Shown piece by piece: positions 48,996 through 59,358 of a stretch of DNA of 64,000 bases. This stretch comes from an uncultured Eubacteriales bacterium. GTDB taxonomy: Bacteria; Bacillota; Clostridia; Oscillospirales; Butyricicoccaceae. The stretch lies in the NCBI GenBank assembly GCA_910585875.1, contig CAJUIK010000003.1, positions 2,212 to 66,211 on the forward strand. The letters are read 5' to 3'. Numbering within the stretch: position 1 is the first letter of the stretch; each line of letters starts with the position of its first letter. Both the position numbers and the translations under genes were made by a program. The notes under the pieces were generated by a model. It was not told the DNA's origin and did not search any database. It saw only the letters and a list, made by a program, of their open reading frames with translations.

Positions 48996-50003
48996 ATGAG
49001 TGACAAAAAGAACCTTGCTGTTGAAATCAAGGATCTGGTGGTGGAATTCCGCACGGACGACGCCACCGTCCAGGCGGTAAACGGGCTGGATCTTGAGATT
49101 GAAAAGGGCAAAACCCTGGGCCTGGTAGGCGAGACCGGCGCTGGCAAGACCACCACCGGCCTGTCCATCCTGCGCCTGATTCCCGACCCCCCGGGAAAAA
49201 TCGTGGGCGGCACCGTCAAGCTCAACGGCGAGGATATTTTCGCCAAGACGGAAAAAGAAATGGAAAAGGTCCGCGGCAATCAGGTGTCCATGATATTCCA
49301 GGATCCCATGACTTCCCTGGACCCCGTTATAACAGTAGAAGACCAGATCGCCGAGGTTGTGGAGCTCCATGAAAATGTGAACCACGCCAAGGCTGTGGAA
49401 CGCGCCAGAGAGATGCTGGAGCTGGTTGGTATTCCGGGCGAACGCGGCACCGAGTATCCCCACCAGTTCTCCGGCGGCATGAAGCAGCGCGTGGTTATCG
49501 CCATTGCGCTGGCCTGCTCCCCCGGCCTGCTGATCGCCGACGAGCCCACCACGGCTCTGGACGTGACGATTCAGGCCCAGGTGCTGGAGATGATGAAAAA
49601 CCTGAAAGAGCAGTATAACACCTCTATGCTCATGATCACCCATGACCTGGGCATTGTGGCCGAAATCTGCGACACGGTTTCCATCATCTACGCCGGCCGT
49701 ATTGTGGAGCACGGCAACCTGGAAGATGTGTTTGATTATACCCGCCATCCGTATACAGAGGGCCTGTTCAACTCCCTGCCCGACCTGGATCACCGGGAGC
49801 AGCGGCTGAAGCCCATCAAGGGCCTGATGCCCGACCCCAGCAACCTGCCGGCAGGCTGCGCCTTCTGCCCCCGCTGCGATTACGCCATGGAAATCTGCAA
49901 AACCCAGAAGCCCAAGCGCGTTTACCGCAACGAGGAGCATTATGTGGAGTGCCACCTGTATAACGAAGAGAATATCAAGGAAGGGATGTTGAACCGGAAA
50001 TGA
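48996..50003 (+). CDS. Opp/Dpp ABC ATP-binding protein (D subunit)
   Basis: [32 protein letters not shown]. Confidence 0.94.
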   Translation: MSDKKNLAVEIKDLVVEFRTDDATVQAVNGLDLEIEKGKTLGLVGETGAGKTTTGLSILRLIPDPPGKIVGGTVKLNGEDIFAKTEKEMEKVRGNQVSMIFQDPMTSLDPVITVEDQIAEVVELHENVNHAKAVERAREMLELVGIPGERGTEYPHQFSGGMKQRVVIAIALACSPGLLIADEPTTALDVTIQAQVLEMMKNLKEQYNTSMLMITHDLGIVAEICDTVSIIYAGRIVEHGNLEDVFDYTRHPYTEGLFNSLPDLDHREQRLKPIKGLMPDPSNLPAGCAFCPRCDYAMEICKTQKPKRVYRNEEHYVECHLYNEENIKEGMLNRK

Positions 50004-50956
50004 GCGAACAGAGAGCACTGTTAGACGTAAGGGGCCTCAAAAAGTACTTTAGTACTCCCAGAGGTATGCTTCACGCGGTCGACGACGTCACCTTCACCAT
50101 CGAAAAGGGCAAGACCCTGGGCGTTGTGGGCGAATCCGGCTGCGGCAAGTCCACCACCGGCCGGGCCATCCTGCGCCTGCTGGAGCCCACAGGCGGCGAA
50201 GTGCTGTTTGAGGGCGAAGACCTGGCCAAACTGAGCAAAGAAGAGATGCGCAAAAAGAGAAAGGACCTGCAGATTATCTTCCAGGACCCCTTCTCCTCTC
50301 TGAACCCCAGAAAGACCATCAGCCAGACCATCGCTGAGCCTCTGCTGCTGAACAAAATGGTCAGCGACAAGAAGCAGCTGCAAGAGCGGGTGCTGGAGCT
50401 GATGTCCACCGTGGGCCTGGCGGAGAGACTGTACAACACTTATCCTCACGAGCTGGACGGCGGCCGCCGGCAGAGAATCGGCATCGCCCGCGCTCTGTCC
50501 GTTAGCCCCAAGTTCATCGTGTGCGACGAACCTGTTTCCGCTCTGGACGTTTCCATTCAGGCCCAGATTCTGAACCTGATGGAAGACCTGCAGGAGCAGA
50601 TGGGTCTGACTTATATGTTCATCACCCATGACTTGTCCGTCGTCAACCACTTCTCTGACGACATTGCGGTTATGTACCTGGGCAAGCTGATTGAAAAGGC
50701 GCCCTCTGACGAACTGTTTAAGAACCCCACCCATCCCTATACCAAGGCTCTGCTGAGCGCGATTCCTCTACCCAATATCCACAAGAAGACAGAGCGGATC
50801 CTGCTGAAGGGCGAAATTACCAGCCCCATCGAGCCCAAGCCTGTGTGCCGTTTCGCCAATCGGTGCAACTATGCCACAGACCGCTGCCGCGGCGAGGAGC
50901 CCAAGCTGAAGGAGATCAGCCCGGGCCACTTCGTTTCCTGCTTCCTGGCAGACTAA
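50000..50956 (+). CDS. Opp/Dpp ABC ATP-binding protein (F subunit)
   Basis: GESGCGKS, variant signature [23 protein letters not shown]. Confidence 0.93.
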   Translation: MSEQRALLDVRGLKKYFSTPRGMLHAVDDVTFTIEKGKTLGVVGESGCGKSTTGRAILRLLEPTGGEVLFEGEDLAKLSKEEMRKKRKDLQIIFQDPFSSLNPRKTISQTIAEPLLLNKMVSDKKQLQERVLELMSTVGLAERLYNTYPHELDGGRRQRIGIARALSVSPKFIVCDEPVSALDVSIQAQILNLMEDLQEQMGLTYMFITHDLSVVNHFSDDIAVMYLGKLIEKAPSDELFKNPTHPYTKALLSAIPLPNIHKKTERILLKGEITSPIEPKPVCRFANRCNYATDRCRGEEPKLKEISPGHFVSCFLAD

Positions 50957-50975
50957 AACTGAATTTCCACATGGG

Positions 50976-51008
50976 AGGCCGGCGCGAAAAAATCGCGCCG
51001 GCCTTTTC
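50976..51008 (+). terminator. Intrinsic terminator
   Basis: AGGCCGGCGCGA-AAAAA-TCGCGCCGGCCTTTT. Confidence 0.75.
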
Positions 51009-51521
51009 ATGCAGGTCGGCTGGGAAGGCGTCTGCCGCGCGGGCGCAGACAGCCGCGCTTCGGCCCCTGAAACGAAACAAGGGAAGAGTCCGTTGCTTTT
51101 TTACGGAGAGTAAATTGGTTAAATTCTATAAAAAATACAGCGATTGATTGTGCAATTTGTAGAAACAGAGTACGCAAGATAAGAGGAAAACGGTCCTTTC
51201 CACGCTTGTCCGGCAAATTCAGCAAAACCATCGAAAAAGCCCAGCCTATTTTATGAAATTTTCACAAAAATCCGGCAAGTATGAAGAAAATATAAACAGA
51301 ATATTATCAAGAATGAAGAAATCCCTTTCTGCTGAACCTGAAAAATGAAGGTAAAATATATGCGTATCTTGCGCCGCAGGATTGCCAAAGGAAGGAATGG
51401 GCTTTATAATGGCTATATCAACCAGAGGGACGCCGGGGCTCTCGAGCCGGCGTTTCCATTCGATCCCCTATCCAGCGCCGCGGCGGCTGTTGCGGCAAAT
51501 CCTGAAGATGAGGTGAAAGGT

Positions 51522-53081
51522 ATGAGTAAGAGAAGGTTTATCAGCATTCTGGCCCTTTTAGCCATCACAGTCAGCCTGTTTGCGGGCGTGGCTGGGTGCA
51601 ACAAGGGAGAGGAGCCCAACGAGCCCGGCCAGAGCGGGAACGGCGGCGGAGGCAAGGCGTCCTCGAAGGACACCATTATCATCGCAACCATGAGCGAACC
51701 TCCTTCCCTGACCAACAACGAACACAGCGCCGTGGCCAGCAACTATATGAACCTGCTGACTTATGAGGGCCTGCTGCGGCAGGGCATGGATTTGCAGCCC
51801 GAGCCCGGCTTGGCCGAATCTTGGGAAGCCGTCAGCGACACCGAGTGGGATTTCAAGATTCGTAAGGGCGTCAAGTTCCACAACGGCGAAGAGATGACGG
51901 TGGAAGACGTCAAAGCGTCGCTGGATTGGGCCCAGCAATTCCCGCTGATTAAAACCAGCACAGAGAACATCAAGCAAGTGGATATCATCGACGACGAGAC
52001 CGTCCGCGTCACCACTTTTGAGCCTTGCGCGGTTATTTTGAGCAACCTGACCGGCAGAGCCAACGCCATCGTCCCCAAGAAACTGATTGACGAAGGCAAC
52101 AACTTCAACGACAATCCCATCGGCACCGGCCCCTATAAGTTCACAAAGTGGACCATGGGCGACAGCATTGAATTTGAAGCTTTTGACGATTACTGGGGCG
52201 GCGCGCCTGCCATTAAACATATGATCTGGAAGATCATCCCCGAAGGTTCTTCCCGGACCATCGCCCTGGAAGCCGGCGAAATCGACTTCATCATCGAGGT
52301 GGAGCAGATGGACCTGGACCGGCTGGAGGGCAACAAGGATATCACCGTTCTACGCTATGACGCCACCGACACAAACTTCATGACCCTGAACTTTGAGAAG
52401 GGCTTCAGCGACCCCAACCTGCGCCACGCCATCAACTCCGCTATCGACAAAGACAGCGTCATCGCTGTGGCGGCCAACGGCTTGGGCGTCCCGATGCTGG
52501 GGCAGACTCCTCCCAACCTGATCGGCTCCTTTGAGGAGAATGCGGATAAATATGACCCGGCCAAGGCAAAAGAGTATCTGGACAAATCCGGCGTGGATCC
52601 CAAGAGCGTGACTCTGTCCATCATCTGCTCCAACGATATGAAGAAGAGAGCGGCAGAGGTAATCCAGGCCAATCTGAAAGAGCATTTGGGCATTGACGCC
52701 GCCATCGAGAGCATGGATCTGGCCACCTATCTGTCCTCCACCTCCGAAGGCAACTTCACCGCCTGCATCGGCGGCACCAACTCCACAGAAACTGTGGGTT
52801 ATATCAAATATCAGTTCCACAGCAGCGCCATCGGCGGCGCCAACCGCTCTCGCTTTGTGGATTCCCATGTGGACGAGACGGTGGAACATCTGCTCACCGT
52901 TTTGGACGACGACGATCGGTATGCCCAGTGTGAAGAGCTGTGCGCCTATCTGAACGATCAGTGCGTGGTAGTCCCCCTGTGGCAGCCCATCTCCCTGCGC
53001 GCTTTCAGCTCCAAGCTGAAAGGCGTGGAAGTGAACGCCGGCGGCACTGTGTATTTCGAGAAGTGCTATTGGGAAGACTAA
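51522..53081 (+). CDS. Family-5 ABC substrate-binding lipoprotein (array copy 2)
   Basis: Lipobox VAGC; family-5 motifs; own promoter TTGCCA-17-TATAAT (51382-51410) and terminator 53115-53147. Confidence 0.93.
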   Translation: MSKRRFISILALLAITVSLFAGVAGCNKGEEPNEPGQSGNGGGGKASSKDTIIIATMSEPPSLTNNEHSAVASNYMNLLTYEGLLRQGMDLQPEPGLAESWEAVSDTEWDFKIRKGVKFHNGEEMTVEDVKASLDWAQQFPLIKTSTENIKQVDIIDDETVRVTTFEPCAVILSNLTGRANAIVPKKLIDEGNNFNDNPIGTGPYKFTKWTMGDSIEFEAFDDYWGGAPAIKHMIWKIIPEGSSRTIALEAGEIDFIIEVEQMDLDRLEGNKDITVLRYDATDTNFMTLNFEKGFSDPNLRHAINSAIDKDSVIAVAANGLGVPMLGQTPPNLIGSFEENADKYDPAKAKEYLDKSGVDPKSVTLSIICSNDMKKRAAEVIQANLKEHLGIDAAIESMDLATYLSSTSEGNFTACIGGTNSTETVGYIKYQFHSSAIGGANRSRFVDSHVDETVEHLLTVLDDDDRYAQCEELCAYLNDQCVVVPLWQPISLRAFSSKLKGVEVNAGGTVYFEKCYWED

Positions 53082-53575
53082 TTCCCCTCAAACTGGAAAA
53101 CAGAATGTCAAAGCCAAAGACGGGCCGAAAGGCCCGTCTTTTTTTTGCGCGGACAAGGGGATGGGCAGGCGCCAAATTTGCGGCGGAGAATTTGGGCAGA
53201 TTGCACAAAGGGTGAAAGCACAAATAAACGCAATTTATGAAAATTGAAACACAGCTGAAACAACTTTGGAAGAAATGGAGAAATTGCCCCGGTAGATTTC
53301 GTCATATTTCACAAAAAAACAATGATTTCGTAGCAAGCATTAAAAATCTATTGTGCAAAATAGCCGCTTAGAGCTAAGGAGAAGGCGGATAAAATAGGGC
53401 ATATTGACGAAAAAAGTGTGCGTTCCTTGCGCAGGGGGCTTGCTCTGCAAAGGGAGGGGCCCTATAATAGGGGTATCAGGCAGGGGTTTCCACAAAAGCA
53501 AACCAGGGAAGCGCGCCGGCCTGGGCCGTATCCACCAGGCGGCAAAGGCCGCCCGATTGATGAGAGGTGAAAGAT

Positions 53576-55129
53576 ATGAGTAAAAGAAAACGTTTGGTCA
53601 GCATCCTGGCCCTGGCGGCTATCACAGTCAGCCTGTTCGCAGGCGTAGCCGGATGTAACAAAGAGGAATCCCCTGGAGGGACAGGGGGGAATGAAGCGAA
53701 AAAATCCTCCAAAGACACCATCGTGATCGCCACCATGAGCGAGACGCCCTCTTTGACAAACAACGAACACAGCGCCGTAGCCGGCGGCTATATGAATATT
53801 CTGACGTATGAAGGCCTGCTGTTCCGCGATATGGATATGCAGCCCAAGCCCTGTTTGGCGGAGTCCTATGAGGCCGTCAGCGACACCGAGTGGGATTTCA
53901 AAATCCGCAAGGGCGTCAAGTTCCACAATGGCGAAGAGATGACGGTGGAAGACGTCAAGGCGTCGCTGGATTGGGCCCAGCAATTCCCGCTGATTAAGAC
54001 CAGCACGGAGAACATCAAACAGGTGGATATCATCGACGACGAAACCGTCCGCATCACCACCTTCGGCCCCTGCGCCATCATTCTGGACAATCTGTGCGGC
54101 ACTTCCAACGCCATCGTGCCCAAGTCTTTGATTGATTCTGGCAACAACTTCAATGAAAACCCTGTCGGTACCGGCCCCTACGTTTTCAAAAAGTGGAACA
54201 TGGGCGACAGCATTGAGTTCGAGGCCTTTGAAGATTATTGGGAAGGCGAACCCGCCATCAAGCATATGACTTGGAAGATCATCCCCGAAGGCTCTTCCCG
54301 GACTATCGCCTTGGAAGCCGGCGAAATCGATTTCATCGTGGAAGTGGAACAGATGGACATCGAGCGGCTGGAGAACAACGACGATCTGGTGGTTTATAAA
54401 TATGAAGCCACCGACTTCAACTTTATGCAGGTCAATCATGAAAAAGGAAACCTGGGCAACCCGCTGGTGCGCCATGCCATCAATTCCGCTATCGATAAAG
54501 ACAGCGTAGTCACTGTGGCCGCCAACAACCTGGGCACTCCTTCCAAATGCCAGACGCCTACAAACCTGATCGGCAGCTATGATGAAAACGCCGACGTTTA
54601 CGACCCGGCCAAGGCCAAAGAGTATCTGGCCCAATCCAATGTGAACCCCAAGGATATCACATTCTCCATCATTTGCTCCAACGACATGAAAAAGAGAGCG
54701 GGCGAAGTGATTCAGGCCAATCTGAAAGAGCATTTGGGTATTGATTGCTCCCTGGAAAGCATGGATTTAGCCACCTATCTTTCCGCCACGACCGAGGGCA
54801 ATTTCACCGCCTGTATCGGCGGCTATAACACCACAGACCAGGTGCTCTTTACCAAGGGTATGTACCACAGCCAGTCCATCGGCGGTTCCAACAGAAGCCG
54901 CCTCAACGACCCCAAGGTGGACGAGCTGATTGAAAAGGCCCTGGTCACCCTGGATAACGATGAGCGCTACGCCATTATGGAGGAACTGAACGAATACCTG
55001 AATGAAGTCTGCCCCCTGGTGCCTCTGTGGCAGCCTGTCGCCCTGCGGGCTTACAACAAGAACCTGAAGGGCGTGGAAGTCAACGCCGTAGGCAACCTGT
55101 ACTTCAAGAACTGCTATTGGGAGGAATAA
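53576..55129 (+). CDS. Family-5 ABC substrate-binding lipoprotein (array copy 3)
   Basis: Lipobox VAGC; family-5 motifs; promoter TTGCTC-17-TATAAT (53440-53468); terminator 55181-55211. Confidence 0.93.
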   Translation: MSKRKRLVSILALAAITVSLFAGVAGCNKEESPGGTGGNEAKKSSKDTIVIATMSETPSLTNNEHSAVAGGYMNILTYEGLLFRDMDMQPKPCLAESYEAVSDTEWDFKIRKGVKFHNGEEMTVEDVKASLDWAQQFPLIKTSTENIKQVDIIDDETVRITTFGPCAIILDNLCGTSNAIVPKSLIDSGNNFNENPVGTGPYVFKKWNMGDSIEFEAFEDYWEGEPAIKHMTWKIIPEGSSRTIALEAGEIDFIVEVEQMDIERLENNDDLVVYKYEATDFNFMQVNHEKGNLGNPLVRHAINSAIDKDSVVTVAANNLGTPSKCQTPTNLIGSYDENADVYDPAKAKEYLAQSNVNPKDITFSIICSNDMKKRAGEVIQANLKEHLGIDCSLESMDLATYLSATTEGNFTACIGGYNTTDQVLFTKGMYHSQSIGGSNRSRLNDPKVDELIEKALVTLDNDERYAIMEELNEYLNEVCPLVPLWQPVALRAYNKNLKGVEVNAVGNLYFKNCYWEE

Positions 55130-55543
55130 TCCCTCGCCAGGCAAGGCTGAATTTTTTGCAAATTTCCCCTTTTGATTGGACAAGGCGGGGATTCGGCCCC
55201 GCCTTATTTTTAACGGTTTTCAGGGCTGTTTTTTCACAAATATAAAGTTTGAGATTGGCGGGGAGAGAACGGGCAAATTTGGGCAGTTTGCACAAAAAGT
55301 ATCCGTTGGTTTATCGGGATTTTACGGAAAATCCGGGAAATATCGAAAAATCCGAAGAACGACAGGGGATTGATAGGGAAAACGGAAGCTGCGTTTTTGC
55401 GCAAAATGACGAATGATTTCACACAAACGAAAAAAATATTTAAAAAACCTCATTGAAACCGGCGGGGTTTTCGATTATAATGCCTTTCGTCGGATGGGGC
55501 TGGAATCCCCGCCGGCAAATATTTGAATGAGGTGACAAAAGAA

Positions 55544-57136
55544 ATGCAAAGCAAGAAACTGCGGGTCCTGAGCCTGCTGCTGGTTTTGGCCATGGCTTTC
55601 GGCCTGTTCGCCGGCTGCAGCAAGGACGATCCGGCGCCTGCCGACGACGACAAGACCGTCGTTGACGACGGCGAAAAGAAGGAAGAGCAGCCCAAGGGAG
55701 ACGGCGATGGCGCCGGCAAAGACACCATTGTGATCGCCACGATGAGCGAGACTCCCTCTTTGTCTCCCACAGACCACAACGCCACCGCTGGATCCTACAT
55801 GAACCTGCTGACTTACAGCACTCTGTTCAGCTCCGACGTGGAGATGAACCCCCAGCCCCTGCTGGTGGAGAGCTATGAGAATATCAGCGACACTGTGTGG
55901 GAGTTCAAGCTGCGCCAGGGCGTCAAGTACCACAACGGCGAAACCATGACGGTGGAAGACGTCAAGGCTTCCCTGGATAACGCCAAGCTCTGCCCGGAAA
56001 TCTCCCTGTACAACGACTGTGTGGAGAGCGTTGAGATTGTGGACGACCAGACCTTCCGCATCACAACCGACGGCCCCTCCGCCGTGTTGCTCAACCACCT
56101 GGGCCACCATGGCAACGCCATCGTTCCCAAGGCTCTGCTGGACGCGGGCCATGACTTCGCCGTCGATCCCGTGGGTTCCGGCCCCTATAAGCTGGTGGAA
56201 TGGAAGCGGGGCGACAGCGTGGAATTCGAGGCCTTTGAAGATTACTTCTTGGGCGAAGCCCCCATCAAGCACATGGTTTGGAAGATCATCCCCGAAGGTT
56301 CTTCCCGGACCATCGCCCTGGAAGCCGGCGAGATCGACTTCATCGTGGAAGTGGAGGCTATGGACTACGACCGCCTGAAATCCAACGACGACGTGGCCAT
56401 CTATGAATACAGCGCCACAGAGCACAACTGGATGATGCTGAACAACGAAAAGCCCGGCCTGGACAACGCAGACGTCCGCAAGGCCATCGACTGCGCCGTT
56501 GACAAAGAAGCCATCGTCACAGTGGCCCTGAACGGCATGGGCGAGGCGATCTATTCCCACGCCCCCAACAACCTGCCCGGCGCCAGCGAGGAAAATACCA
56601 ATTCCCACGACCCGGAGAAGGCCAAAGAGTATATGGATAAATCCGGCGTGGATCCCGCCTCTGTGCAGCTGGCTATCATCTGCTCCAACGACACCAAGAA
56701 GCGGGCCGCCGAAGTGATTCAGGCCAACCTGAAGGAAACTCTGGGCATCAACTGCACCATTGAGAGCATGGACCTGGCCACCTATCTGTCCACTACGGCG
56801 GACGGCAATTACACCGCCTCTATCGGCAACTATACCTCCAGCGATATGGTGTCCTTCCTGGTGGGCGTGTACCACAGCAAGTCCATCGGCGCTTCCAACA
56901 AGACCCGGATCAACGACCCGGAAGTGGACGCTCTGATTGACAAGGCTTCCGCTACCATCGACCCTGCCGAGCGCGAAAAAGTGCTCCAGGAGTGCGTGGC
57001 CAAAATCAACGCCCATACCCCCCAGATCCCCCTGTACCAGCCCGTCAACTTCCGGGCCTACAGCAAGGACCTCCAGGGCGTAGAGGTTTCTCCCAGCGGC
57101 ACTCTGTACTTCGAGAACGTCAGCTGGAAGAACTAA
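55544..57136 (+). CDS. Family-5 ABC substrate-binding lipoprotein (array copy 4)
   Basis: Lipobox FAGC; promoter TTGAAA-17-TATAAT (55453-55481); terminator 57183-57212. Confidence 0.93.
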   Translation: MQSKKLRVLSLLLVLAMAFGLFAGCSKDDPAPADDDKTVVDDGEKKEEQPKGDGDGAGKDTIVIATMSETPSLSPTDHNATAGSYMNLLTYSTLFSSDVEMNPQPLLVESYENISDTVWEFKLRQGVKYHNGETMTVEDVKASLDNAKLCPEISLYNDCVESVEIVDDQTFRITTDGPSAVLLNHLGHHGNAIVPKALLDAGHDFAVDPVGSGPYKLVEWKRGDSVEFEAFEDYFLGEAPIKHMVWKIIPEGSSRTIALEAGEIDFIVEVEAMDYDRLKSNDDVAIYEYSATEHNWMMLNNEKPGLDNADVRKAIDCAVDKEAIVTVALNGMGEAIYSHAPNNLPGASEENTNSHDPEKAKEYMDKSGVDPASVQLAIICSNDTKKRAAEVIQANLKETLGINCTIESMDLATYLSTTADGNYTASIGNYTSSDMVSFLVGVYHSKSIGASNKTRINDPEVDALIDKASATIDPAEREKVLQECVAKINAHTPQIPLYQPVNFRAYSKDLQGVEVSPSGTLYFENVSWKN

Positions 57137-57614
57137 AGGCAAACAGAATCAAAAGGCAAGGCCAGTTCGCCCTCTTGCCGCCAAGCCCGCGCTGAAAAGC
57201 GCGGGCTTTTTTGCTTCCCCCCTGTTAGTACAGCAAATTTGTAACAGAAAATAAATATTTTAGAGATGAACCTGTAATATCGTCACTTTGAACAGAAAGG
57301 CCATCGGGATTTATAGAAACTGCACAAAAACCCGCCGGACGCCGATGAAAGAAGTCTTCAGAAGTTAGATAATCTGTACAAATATAAGCGTTTATTTTTA
57401 TGAATATTAGCCAAAAAATCCAAAAAGGCAGAGAAGCGGTTTTAGAAAAACTATTGCAAAACCTCCGTCGAGAGGATATAATCCAGTATACAAACAAAAG
57501 GGAATAGTTTCAGGATATTTGTGCAAAATCGACAAATCCCCTGGAAGCTCGGTTCCGAAACCACAGCCGCCCGTGAGCAAAGGGCGGCGGCCGGATACTA
57601 AAGGAGAAATGGAT

Positions 57615-59198
57615 ATGAGAAAAAAACTGCGAATCCTCAGTCTATTGTTGGTTTTGACCATGGCTTTCGGCCTATTCGCCGGGTGCGGCAAAGACGAGCC
57701 GGCGCCTGCCGATAAGCCCAGCGACAATCCTTCGACCAGCGACGACGGCAAAAAGCCCGAAACGAACGGCGGCTCTGCCAAAGATACCCTTGTGGTAGCC
57801 ACTATGGGCGAAGCGCCGGCCCTTTCTTCGGTGGGGCACAACTCGGTGGCCGGCGACTACATGAATTCTTTGAACAACGCCACGTTGTTCCGCAGCAATA
57901 CCGACACCTTGGAGCCCGAACCCTATCTGGTGGAGAGTTATGAAAACATTAGCGACACAGTATGGGAGTTCAAGCTGAAATCCGGCGTCAAATACCACAA
58001 CGGCGAGACTGTGACCGCCGAGGATGTCAAAGCCTCCATCGAGTGGGCCCAAGGCTTCCCCGAAGTCAACCTGTATAACCGGGATATCATCAATATCGAG
58101 GTTGTGGATGATTTGACAGTCCGCATGGAAACCCCCGCCGCCGACGCCATGATGTTGAGCAACCTGTGCCACCATGGCAACGCCGTCGTTCCCAAGGCTC
58201 TGATCGACGGAGGCCACGATTTTAACGCCGACCCTGTGGGATGCGGCCCCTTCAAGTTTGTCAAATGGAACCGGGGCGACAGCGTGGAGTTCGAGGCGTT
58301 TGAGGATTATTTCCTGGGCGCCCCGAAAATCAAGCACATGATTTGGAAAATCATCCCTGAGGGATCCTCCCGGACCATCGCCCTGGAAGCCGGTGAAATC
58401 GACTTCATCATCGAAGTGGAAGCTATGGACGCCGACCGGCTGCGGTCCAACGACGACATCGAAGTGCTCCAATTCAACCACACAAGCCATAACTGGCTGA
58501 TGCTGAACAACGAGAAGCCCGGCCTGGATAACCAGGACGTGCGCCACGCCATCAACAGCGCTATCGATAAAGAAAGCGTTGTGACCGTGGCCTACAACGG
58601 CTTGGCCACCCCTTCTCTGTCCGCCGTCCCCATGAACTTTGAGGGCGCCACAGAAGAGAACGCCGACGTTTACGACGTGGAAAAGGCCAAAGAGTATATG
58701 CAGAAATCTGGAGTGGACCCGGCTTCCATTGAATTGGCCATCATCTGCTCCGACGATACGAAGAAACGGGCCGGCGAAGTCGTTCAGGCCAACCTGAAGG
58801 AAATCGGCGTCAACGCCACCATTGAAAGCATGGACCTGGCCACTTATCTGGCCGCCACCACAGAAGGCAATTTCACCGGCGCCATCGGCGGTTTTACCTC
58901 CAGCAACCTGCTGAGTTATGTGCTGGGCGTTTATCACTCCAGCTCCATCAACGCCTCCAACAAAACTCGCCTGGTGGACGCCAAGGTCGACGAACTAATT
59001 GACAAGGCGAAAGTCACCCTGGACCCGGCAGAGCGCAAGGGCATTATGGAAGAGCTGTCCGCCCGCCTGAACGAGCTGTGCTCTCAGGCTCCTTTGTATC
59101 AGCCTCTGACTCTGCGGGCTTATAAGAAGGGCCTGGAAGGCGTCAAGGTCAGCGATAGCGGCGGCATCCGTTTTGAAGACGTGTACTGGGCCGCATAA
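57615..59198 (+). CDS. Family-5 ABC substrate-binding lipoprotein (array copy 5)
   Basis: Lipobox FAGC; promoter TTGCAA-17-TATAAT (57454-57482); AAGGAG RBS; hairpin 59241-59289 downstream. Confidence 0.93.
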   Translation: MRKKLRILSLLLVLTMAFGLFAGCGKDEPAPADKPSDNPSTSDDGKKPETNGGSAKDTLVVATMGEAPALSSVGHNSVAGDYMNSLNNATLFRSNTDTLEPEPYLVESYENISDTVWEFKLKSGVKYHNGETVTAEDVKASIEWAQGFPEVNLYNRDIINIEVVDDLTVRMETPAADAMMLSNLCHHGNAVVPKALIDGGHDFNADPVGCGPFKFVKWNRGDSVEFEAFEDYFLGAPKIKHMIWKIIPEGSSRTIALEAGEIDFIIEVEAMDADRLRSNDDIEVLQFNHTSHNWLMLNNEKPGLDNQDVRHAINSAIDKESVVTVAYNGLATPSLSAVPMNFEGATEENADVYDVEKAKEYMQKSGVDPASIELAIICSDDTKKRAGEVVQANLKEIGVNATIESMDLATYLAATTEGNFTGAIGGFTSSNLLSYVLGVYHSSSINASNKTRLVDAKVDELIDKAKVTLDPAERKGIMEELSARLNELCSQAPLYQPLTLRAYKKGLEGVKVSDSGGIRFEDVYWAA

Positions 59199-59358
59199 AC
59201 CTGATTTCGCAAAGGCTGACAATAGAGATCGGCTGAAACGAAAGCTCCCCTCCGCTGGGATGGACCCGGCCCGGGCGGAGGGGAGCTTTATAGATTGTGC
59301 GAGAGAATTTAACAAGGGCCGGTCCCTTGTTAAAAAATAAATGGAGAGGTGACCGAAC

